DNA from: Elusimicrobia bacterium UBA6262 | GTDB taxonomy: Bacteria; CAYTYR01; UBA6262 | Assembly (NCBI GenBank): GCA_002441095.1 | Contig: DJVG01000043.1 | Location: 2,254-66,253, forward strand | Reading direction: 5' to 3' | Length of the DNA stretch: 64,000 nucleotides | Shown here: positions 47,543 to 55,001 of the stretch, piece by piece | Position numbering within the stretch: the stretch's first letter is position 1 | Layout of the letters: each line of letters begins with the position of its first letter | The notes under the pieces: model-generated | The model's database searches: none | What the model was told of the DNA's origin: nothing | What the model saw: the letters and a program-made list of their open reading frames with translations, nothing else | Position numbers and translations under genes: made by a program

Positions 47543-48373
47543 ATGACTAAAAATATACTGGAAACTTCCCATCTTATTAAAGATTTTCGCCCTGCAGCTT
47601 CCTTTTCCGAGTGGGCCAAATTTAATTTTACCCCACCGGCTCCGACCAGGGCAATGAACGATCTATCTTTTTCCCTGGAAAGAGGGAAGATCCTGGGGAT
47701 CCTCGGCCCTAATGGCGCGGGGAAAACCACCCTGTTAAAGACCATCGCTACCCTTATTCTCCCCACTTCCGGCACCTTGTCATTTTTTAATGCTGGCCCC
47801 ACGGCTATAACCTGGACCAGCCAGGGCCTCACCAACGAACAGACCGAATGGCAATTAAAGTCCAGTATCGGCTTGACGATAGATGAAGAAAGAAGCTTTT
47901 ACTGGAGATTATCAGGACATCAAAACCTGGAGTTTTTTTCCGCTCTCTATGGGCTCGATGCAGCGGCAACTAGCAAACGCATTAACGAATTATTTTCCCT
48001 TTTTGGGATCGACTATGGGGCTAAAAGATTTGATTCTTACTCCTCCGGCATGAAAAAATGTTTTTCCCTGATCCGGGCCTTGCTCCACAACCCGTCATTG
48101 CTGCTCTTGGACGAACCTACTAAAAGCCTGGATTATGCCACTGCTGCCAGGCTCAAAGAATTTATCAAAACAAAACTCGTGCAGGCTGACGGGAAAACAG
48201 TCATTTTTACTACCCATAACCTGAATGAAAATCTCGATTTTTGCGATCTATTCATGATCCTGCGCCAGGGACAGGTCGCTGCTTTTGGCTCGTTGGCTCA
48301 TTTAAGGCAACAAATAAGCAATCCAGCCGCGACTATAGCGGATATATTCCTGCATTTTACCAGGGAGGCCTGA
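47543..48373 (+). CDS. ABC transporter ATP-binding protein
   Basis: GILGPNGAGKTT, YSSGMKK, LLLDEPT. Confidence 0.85.
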   Translation: MTKNILETSHLIKDFRPAASFSEWAKFNFTPPAPTRAMNDLSFSLERGKILGILGPNGAGKTTLLKTIATLILPTSGTLSFFNAGPTAITWTSQGLTNEQTEWQLKSSIGLTIDEERSFYWRLSGHQNLEFFSALYGLDAAATSKRINELFSLFGIDYGAKRFDSYSSGMKKCFSLIRALLHNPSLLLLDEPTKSLDYATAARLKEFIKTKLVQADGKTVIFTTHNLNENLDFCDLFMILRQGQVAAFGSLAHLRQQISNPAATIADIFLHFTREA

Positions 48374-48374
48374 G

Positions 48375-49181
48375 ATGTGGCATAAACCCTGGGCTTTTAT
48401 CAAAAAAGACTTCCAAAATGTGGCCAGTTACAAACTGGCGCTCTGCCTGAACTTTTTTAGCATTTTTATTGGGATCCTCAGTTACTTTTTTATTGATAAA
48501 TTATTCGGCCAGAAAATTGTGCCGCACTTAGCAGAATTTGGCGTTAACTATTTTGCTTATATTCTGCTCAGCATGGCTTTTTACGGCTATATAGGCGTAG
48601 GCATGGGTTCATTTACCAACCAGATCAGGAATGAGCAATTATTAGGCACCTTGGAAGCTACCCTGCTTACTCCCACCAAGGTCAGCACTATTCTCTTTTC
48701 TATGGCCCTCTGGAACCTGATCTTAGCCAGCCTTGATGTAATGGTGTATATCCTTTTAGGAGTTTTCCTTTTTAAACTGAACTTTTCGAATGTAAATATT
48801 TTGTCCTCATTAGTGATCTTATTCCTGACTATTATTTCTTTCAGCGGCTTGGGCATACTGGCGGCTTGTTTTATCATGATCTTTAAAAGGGGAAATCCGA
48901 TCGGCGGGGTCATTACCGGCATTGAGGGATTAATCAGTGGAGTTTATTTCCCGGTGAGCATCCTGCCTGGCTGGTTGCAGACAGTAGCGATGTTTTTCCC
49001 GATCACTTATGCGATCCGGGCCATTGAATTGGCAGTCTGGCAAGGATATGCGGTAAGCCAGCTATACCGGGAGATCCTGGCTTTAGTTCTTTTTTCCCTG
49101 CTCTTGCTGCCATTGAGTTTGGTACTATTCAGGTACAGCCTCAGAAAAGCCCGGCAAGACGGCAGTCTCGCTCAATTTTAA
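48375..49181 (+). CDS. ABC-2 family transporter permease
   Basis: 268 aa, 6 TM; TGA/ATG coupled to upstream ATPase. Confidence 0.75.
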   Translation: MWHKPWAFIKKDFQNVASYKLALCLNFFSIFIGILSYFFIDKLFGQKIVPHLAEFGVNYFAYILLSMAFYGYIGVGMGSFTNQIRNEQLLGTLEATLLTPTKVSTILFSMALWNLILASLDVMVYILLGVFLFKLNFSNVNILSSLVILFLTIISFSGLGILAACFIMIFKRGNPIGGVITGIEGLISGVYFPVSILPGWLQTVAMFFPITYAIRAIELAVWQGYAVSQLYREILALVLFSLLLLPLSLVLFRYSLRKARQDGSLAQF

Positions 49182-49212
49182 AGGACTGCTGAAAAAGAGA
49201 GATTACACAGAT

Positions 49213-51354
49213 TCAATCAAAAATACGGCAGGAATAGTGCAGGTATATCTCGTCAGCAGACCGCTGATATGGCGCAGGAGATACGCGGAACCCGGCTTGT
49301 TGATACAAATTCAAGGCCGGGATAGCTTTTTTGTTAACAAACAAACCAACTTCCCTGGCTCCGGCTGCAGTCGCCCTCACAATCGCTTCCTGTACCAGTT
49401 TCCTGGCTATGCCCAAACCACGGAACATTGGTTTTGTTTCCAGACCGAATATCAGCCAAAGTTTTTCGTCTTTTTCGTATTTGAAAATAGTCAAAGCACC
49501 AGTTATCGTCTTGTTCTTAAGCGCTATTAGACAATATCCTTCTTTTTTGAGGTCAATGATCAATTGCTCTATCTCCTGGACAATCATAGTAGCATATACG
49601 CTGCGCAGGGATTTCTTATCGGCTAATTCAGCTGCCCGGATAATTATATCTTTCCCCGCTATTTTTCCCATTAAACGCCGATAACTCCTCATTTTTTGAA
49701 AAGCGGAAAGGAGATTTATCCGGCGCGCCGCAATTTTATTAATAAATAAAATAAACCTATAGCTTTTTTCTCCCAATGCCCGCCGCGCATAATCAGCAAA
49801 ACCAACTTTAGAAACTTCTTGTTGGCTGATCAAAGCCATTTCTTGTTTATTAGGGAAAATAGCCTGCCAAATAAATTCCAGCCGTTTTCCCCACTTTTCG
49901 TTCATCCCCATGGTTACTAATCCCAGATTAACCTGCCGGCCATAAAAACCATGCTTAATAAATCCTTTCAGGAACCGTCGTTCAAAGATACTTAGTTTTT
50001 TTGGCTTTAACTTCACCAAGCATTCCTGGGGCACCGGCACACCGAAAACCTCATACACCAGTTCCAAGCCAAAATATACATACCTGTCCAGCCCAAGGCT
50101 AAAGGATTCTCTTGCCAGAAAATCCCAATCCAGGCTGCTGCCCTTCAATTGCAGGAACTTAAAGAGATCATATAAAAGCATTCCCGGAGTATACGCATGC
50201 TGAAAAGCATGCAGGCATAAATAAATGACCTGATGCGTATCAGCTAAAGTCAGGGCTGGGACTTCATCCACATAAACGGTCGTGGCCGACTGCCAGATAT
50301 TCTTCATTGTAAATTTTCCCAGGACTTCCTGCTCAAAAGGGAAGAGATTTAATAGATGCCAATAAAGATGAACAAACCGGGGTGTTCCTTGCGGATCAGT
50401 GTACATTAAGCTATTGCGATAGGGATTTGCTTGCAGCGAGGAAAAGTCTTTAATAGCAAAAGGCGCGGTGTAATTTAATTCCTGCAGTATCCTGTCAGCC
50501 GCAGGCAGGTCTTCCCGGGCAACTAAAATATCTACATCTGTTATGGGGCGCAAACCAATGTCCGGATACAGCAATTCTGCCAGGACCGGCCCCTTAAAAA
50601 CAAGGATCTTGATCCCCTGCCGGCGGAAAGCTGCCAATATCTCCCCGGTCTTTTTAAAAATTAAAACATTATTGGTAAGAGTTTGGTAATAACTGCTCCT
50701 GAATCGCTCTAATACCACTGCCGGGATATTCAGTCGTGCTGTCCCCCAAGCTTCTAAGGACTTGTATATCAGCGGCGCTACTTTTTCCTCTATGGCTCGC
50801 TGTAAAAAATATTCCCATTTAAATCCCGGAGCAGACAATTTTTCTATCAGCGGACCATTTTCTTCCCGCTCACTGGGAATATTAACCAGCAGTTTTTCGT
50901 ATATATCATCAGCGTCACCCAGCTTCTTAAATATTGCTGCCAGGGGATAAAAATAAGGCCCTAACTGGGCCAGCCTAAACCAGAAATAGTTAGCGCTACC
51001 GTCTATATTCCTGTGCTTACCGTTCCGTTCAATAGCAATGACTTTACCCAATACATCTTTTGCCTCTACTAGCGGATCCGGATGAATATAGGCATCGCCC
51101 TTGGTCACCAGGACAGTCTGCTCGCCTTGATCTAGCTTTTTTATTACCCGGTGAACATATAATTTACCGGCACTGGTTTTACAAAAAACAATATCCCCTG
51201 AATTGATCATAGCTATTTCAACCGGCTCTACTACTATGGTATCACCAGTGCGCATAAATGGGCGCATACTGCCGCCGGCGACCTGGAATTTTAACCTGTT
51301 TTGGTCCGTCAGTATCTCCTGGCATATCCTGGAGAACTCTATCTGCGGATTCAT
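49213..51354 (-). CDS. tri-domain protein: N-terminal S24/S26 (LexA/signal-peptidase-like) Ser-Lys peptidase domain, central PF14907-type nucleotidyltransferase, C-terminal GNAT acetyltransferase
   Basis: GGSMRPFMRTGDTIVVEP (S24/S26 nucleophile motif); KGPVLAELLYPDIGLRPITDVDILV (NTP_transf_5-like); GLGIARKLVQEAIVRATAAGAREVGLFVNKKAIPALNLYQQAGF (GNAT motif A). Confidence 0.6.
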   Translation of the reverse strand: MNPQIEFSRICQEILTDQNRLKFQVAGGSMRPFMRTGDTIVVEPVEIAMINSGDIVFCKTSAGKLYVHRVIKKLDQGEQTVLVTKGDAYIHPDPLVEAKDVLGKVIAIERNGKHRNIDGSANYFWFRLAQLGPYFYPLAAIFKKLGDADDIYEKLLVNIPSEREENGPLIEKLSAPGFKWEYFLQRAIEEKVAPLIYKSLEAWGTARLNIPAVVLERFRSSYYQTLTNNVLIFKKTGEILAAFRRQGIKILVFKGPVLAELLYPDIGLRPITDVDILVAREDLPAADRILQELNYTAPFAIKDFSSLQANPYRNSLMYTDPQGTPRFVHLYWHLLNLFPFEQEVLGKFTMKNIWQSATTVYVDEVPALTLADTHQVIYLCLHAFQHAYTPGMLLYDLFKFLQLKGSSLDWDFLARESFSLGLDRYVYFGLELVYEVFGVPVPQECLVKLKPKKLSIFERRFLKGFIKHGFYGRQVNLGLVTMGMNEKWGKRLEFIWQAIFPNKQEMALISQQEVSKVGFADYARRALGEKSYRFILFINKIAARRINLLSAFQKMRSYRRLMGKIAGKDIIIRAAELADKKSLRSVYATMIVQEIEQLIIDLKKEGYCLIALKNKTITGALTIFKYEKDEKLWLIFGLETKPMFRGLGIARKLVQEAIVRATAAGAREVGLFVNKKAIPALNLYQQAGFRVSPAPYQRSADEIYLHYSCRIFD

Positions 51355-52211
51355 TAAAACTGGCTCCTGACGAAATCTACTATATTTTTATCCGGTACAA
51401 ATCCTATTTCCCAAGCCGGGATTTTTCTGGCAATTTCTACGCAAAAAGATAAGGCGAATTCGATCCCCTTTTTATCCCAAAATGGCAGGAAAGCAGTAGC
51501 CGCGATCCGGGCTGCGGTCTCTGCCGGAGAAAGAGCTTTCAAGCAGTTTTTGTTCGCTTTTTTAAGAAAATAAATTCCCTTTAATGGCGCTCTATCCGCG
51601 CAACACACCTGGCTTTTGCCATACCAGGGGGTACCGAAAATATATGGGGTCCCCTGCCACTGCCTGACCAACACCCGGTCATCATTAAGGATGGTGACTC
51701 CCTTTTCTTTTTCCCATAATTTTGCCATGGTACTCTTCCCGGCGCCGGAAGCTCCGAGAAAAAGCAACCCCCGTCCCTGGTCATTAATGCCACAGCTATG
51801 GGTTAATATACCTACCCCTAGAGAAAAAAGATGAATGAAATAAATTTCATCAAAAGGATATTGGAAAGGATAAATATTTAATTTCTTGGCTTGAGGATTT
51901 AAATAAATATCACCGGAGGAAAAGTTTTTCTTTAATACAACGGTTTGATAGGGATGGGAGCCGAAATCCAGGTTATAAAAATGCAGGATATTCTTGCCCC
52001 AGGCAGTCCCGAAACACCAGGTAGCGCCAGAGTCAAAATTTATTTTTCCCATCTTGATCAACGGGAAGCTGCCTTGATGAATACGCAGTACTGCCTGACA
52101 ATTACCAGCTGTTTGGAAAGGCCTATATCTTGCCTTAATATTAATCTCTTGATCATCAGCTGAGACCAGAGCAATAGTAACGCCGCCAATTGTCACCTTG
52201 AAATTTGGCAA
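51354..52211 (-). CDS. HPr-kinase-related P-loop kinase (HprK C-terminal-domain-like; candidate peptide kinase)
   Basis: LFLGASGAGKST P-loop followed by NDDRVLV as in HprK/P C-domain. Confidence 0.6.
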   Translation of the reverse strand: MPNFKVTIGGVTIALVSADDQEINIKARYRPFQTAGNCQAVLRIHQGSFPLIKMGKINFDSGATWCFGTAWGKNILHFYNLDFGSHPYQTVVLKKNFSSGDIYLNPQAKKLNIYPFQYPFDEIYFIHLFSLGVGILTHSCGINDQGRGLLFLGASGAGKSTMAKLWEKEKGVTILNDDRVLVRQWQGTPYIFGTPWYGKSQVCCADRAPLKGIYFLKKANKNCLKALSPAETAARIAATAFLPFWDKKGIEFALSFCVEIARKIPAWEIGFVPDKNIVDFVRSQF

Positions 52212-52232
52212 TTTTATCCACCATACTTAAAT

Positions 52233-52391
52233 TTAAGAGCCGCTTGCTTTATTAACACATGAGTCAGGCCCTTTACAGCCAAATTGCGCTTTTAGGTCCC
52301 CGGTGGCGGCCTTGCAAGCCGTTAAAACTGCTTCTTCAGGAGACAACTTGACTTCTTTTATTTGCGGTGTTTGATACTCTTTTTTGTCCAT
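52233..52391 (-). CDS. candidate RiPP precursor peptide (52 aa: MDKKEYQTPQIKEVKLSPEEAVLTACKAATGDLKAQFGCKGPDSCVNKASGS)
   Basis: ATG at 52389-52391 preceded 5 nt upstream by GGAGGAGG; 3 Cys in C-terminal half, C-terminal Ser; directly downstream of PqqD+rSAM/SPASM; overlaps rSAM 3' end by 56 nt. Confidence 0.5.
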   Translation of the reverse strand: MDKKEYQTPQIKEVKLSPEEAVLTACKAATGDLKAQFGCKGPDSCVNKASGS

Positions 52392-53463
52392 TTTTTCCTC
52401 CTCCGAATTCTTTAGCCCTGAGCTGGGCAATTTGGCACACAAAATCAACGATAAACTCATCCTCGCCGCCTTCCAGGCTGGACCAGGCTGGGCAGAGATT
52501 GCAAAAAGCACTTTGCTGACACTGTCCGCAGGGTGAGTCCTTTTTCTGGCGCGTCAGCGAAGATATCTTAGCAAAACATTCATCCCATCCTTCACGGAAA
52601 GAACCAGCCAGTAAATCAAAGCTGGGTGAGCGCAACATATCGCACAGCCGTAATTGGCCATAAGAGTCTACGGCAAAAGAGCTTTTTCCCGCATTACAGG
52701 TAAAAAGTTTCTCCGAATACGCGGCCTGGCCATATTGGCCATTGAATTCCTGCCAGCCCCGGGAGCGCTTCTGGTCCTCAATATCAAGTTGAACGACCTC
52801 GGCCGGAGAAAGCCGGCAGAAAATATTATCTTTCTGTCCGTTTATCCTGGGCCAGATCATAGCGTCGAACCGGAAATCTATTTTTAATTCTTGTTCCACA
52901 TAATTTTTGATCGGCCAGAGTTCCGGCCGGTTCTGGGTAGTAACCATGGTTTTTAATTTCAATGGAATTTCTCTGTCCAGCAACAACCTGATCCCGCGCT
53001 GGCAGAGATCCAGTGCTTCCCCGTTGCCAGTCATGGCTTTATAAGTTTCCCTGGATATGCCATATAAACTGATCTCTACTAAAAAAGGCGGATAATCCCG
53101 CAGGACATCGGCTATCTCCGGAGTCAATAATGTGCCATTAGTAAAAAGAGTGACAATAAGCCCTTTCTTTTTAGCATATAAATAAAGCTCAATAAAATCT
53201 TCCCTGAGCAAGGGTTCGCCGCCAGTGATCAACAGGTATAAGCACCCGGCTGCTGACAGTTTATCCAAGATCGTTTTAACCTGGCTGGTGTTTAATTCGG
53301 TTTTCCCTGGATCAGTTGTCTCATAACAGTGGACACAATGCAAATTGCAGCGCTGGGTTAAAGTGAATGTACCGCACAAGGGGGTTCTGGCAAGGATCGC
53401 TTTATCGTGCAGAGCAGCGGAAAATTCCGCATAACTGAGTTCCTGGACTTGCGAACACGGCAT
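52336..53463 (-). CDS. radical SAM/SPASM-domain peptide-modifying enzyme
   Basis: CNLHCVHC (CxxxCxxC); C-terminal SPASM Cys cluster CGQCQQSAFCNLCPAW. Confidence 0.8.
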   Translation of the reverse strand: MPCSQVQELSYAEFSAALHDKAILARTPLCGTFTLTQRCNLHCVHCYETTDPGKTELNTSQVKTILDKLSAAGCLYLLITGGEPLLREDFIELYLYAKKKGLIVTLFTNGTLLTPEIADVLRDYPPFLVEISLYGISRETYKAMTGNGEALDLCQRGIRLLLDREIPLKLKTMVTTQNRPELWPIKNYVEQELKIDFRFDAMIWPRINGQKDNIFCRLSPAEVVQLDIEDQKRSRGWQEFNGQYGQAAYSEKLFTCNAGKSSFAVDSYGQLRLCDMLRSPSFDLLAGSFREGWDECFAKISSLTRQKKDSPCGQCQQSAFCNLCPAWSSLEGGEDEFIVDFVCQIAQLRAKEFGGGKNGQKRVSNTANKRSQVVS

Positions 53464-53762
53464 TATAATGCCCTGATTTCTTCAATTAATTTTTTAGTCT
53501 CCAACTGCCCGATGAAAGTGCTTACCTCTTTCCTGGCAGTCTCAGGATTAACAGAAAAAGAACTAACCAAGGCGTCAATAATATGAGCCAGGCTTCTCTT
53601 GCCGTTAATATTGCTCCAGACAAAAGCACCCACTTCATTTAAGGTATAAATACACTTAAGGTCAGCCACTTTGTCCCGGACCGGCACGAGAATTACTTCA
53701 CCGGCGACCTGGCGAAAAACTATATTCTCATTTTTAGCAAATATTTTAGCTAAATCGTTCAT
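53463..53762 (-). CDS. PqqD-family protein (RiPP precursor recognition element)
   Basis: 99 aa; IVFRQVAGEVILV...IYTLNEVGAFVWSNINGKRSLAHIIDAL...FIGQLETKKLIEEI matches PqqD family consensus layout. Confidence 0.75.
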   Translation of the reverse strand: MNDLAKIFAKNENIVFRQVAGEVILVPVRDKVADLKCIYTLNEVGAFVWSNINGKRSLAHIIDALVSSFSVNPETARKEVSTFIGQLETKKLIEEIRAL

Positions 53763-53782
53763 GGCCCCTCCGGCAGGATTTC

Positions 53783-54910
53783 TTATTCCTTATCTAAATG
53801 CCTTATCCAAATAGCCGGCTCCGTAGCCAGGTTTACGCGTTTTTCCTCGGTGCACTCTTCGCCATTGCAAGTAGTGATTATTTTTACTACTGGACGAAGA
53901 ATATTATTACTATTCAGGGCGACCACCCTGGCTAATTCCTTGGTGTTCAACTCCACCAGGCTGCCGATCGGGAAAATACCGATCTTGTTTATCAGCACCT
54001 TGATCAATTTAGGATCATAAGCGCTTTTATTTTTCAGTATCTCCTGGATCGTTTCCCGGGCCTGGAATTCGGTGCGGTAGGTTCTCCGGTGCATCATGGC
54101 TTCATATATATCCAGGATACCGACTATAGAACTATATTCATGTATCTGGCTGCCCTTCAAGCCATCGGGATAACCGGAGCCGTCCAGATGTTCATGGTGT
54201 TGCCGCGCCACTTCAAAAACTACATCATCCAGGCCTTTGATACTGGATAACATCTTGGCCGCAAACAAGGTATGGTTTTTTGTCCTCTCAAAATCTTCTT
54301 TGCTTAATTTATTGGCCTGGCTTATTATTTCCAGGTAATGAGCCATCCCCACATCATGCAATAAAGAGGCGGTCCCGAGTTCTTTTAACCGGTATGGTTC
54401 GTATCCTAATTCCAGGCCGATCATTATGGATAAAATACAGACATTGGTTACATGACAAAATATATATGTGGTTTGCGAAGAAACATCCGGATTTAACGCC
54501 AGTTCGGTCATTTTCTCCGGATGCGCCCTGGCTAGATCGATTATCTTGTCTACGATCGCGGAGATCCGGTGAATATCAATAAGCTCATAGATCGCATCTT
54601 CTTTCATTATTTCTTGCATTAAGGCCAGCGCATCATTATAGGCTTTTTCACATTCAGTGAAAGCAGCGACATCTATATTTTGTCTTATAGGCTGCGGGCT
54701 GGGCGTAATTATTTCTGCTTCTGCCGGTGCGGGAGCAGGTTGAAAAACAGTTTCATGATGAGCAACTATGGGAGTGTCTAGTGGAGGAGCGGCGGAGACA
54801 GGTAATGGCTGGATACCCTTATCTGTTTTTTTTCTTTCCTCGATCTTTTTGAATATATCCGACATTTTAACCATGATAGTATTATATATACCATAAAATG
54901 TTCTTGTCAA
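53783..54910 (-). CDS. HD-GYP domain c-di-GMP phosphodiesterase
   Basis: HDVGMAHYLE ... HHEHLDGSGYPDGL. Confidence 0.85.
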   Translation of the reverse strand: MTRTFYGIYNTIMVKMSDIFKKIEERKKTDKGIQPLPVSAAPPLDTPIVAHHETVFQPAPAPAEAEIITPSPQPIRQNIDVAAFTECEKAYNDALALMQEIMKEDAIYELIDIHRISAIVDKIIDLARAHPEKMTELALNPDVSSQTTYIFCHVTNVCILSIMIGLELGYEPYRLKELGTASLLHDVGMAHYLEIISQANKLSKEDFERTKNHTLFAAKMLSSIKGLDDVVFEVARQHHEHLDGSGYPDGLKGSQIHEYSSIVGILDIYEAMMHRRTYRTEFQARETIQEILKNKSAYDPKLIKVLINKIGIFPIGSLVELNTKELARVVALNSNNILRPVVKIITTCNGEECTEEKRVNLATEPAIWIRHLDKE

Positions 54911-55001
54911 GCAAGCAAGTAAAAAGGGAATTAGTTTTTACCCGATATTCTGGTATCCTGATAACCTCTTCCTGATCTCCTGATTCCCTGATATCCTCAA
55001 T
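54911..55001. repeat. CCTGAT x5 repeat element (same family as 12413-12590, one arm only)
   Basis: atattctggtatcctgataacctcttcctgatctcctgattccctgatatcctc. Confidence 0.6.

Noticed and set aside
47533-47835. 100-aa minus-strand ORF overlapping the ABC ATPase start
   Set aside because: Antisense to an ABC ATPase gene with clear Walker motifs, and it has no RBS. It is a likely spurious frame.
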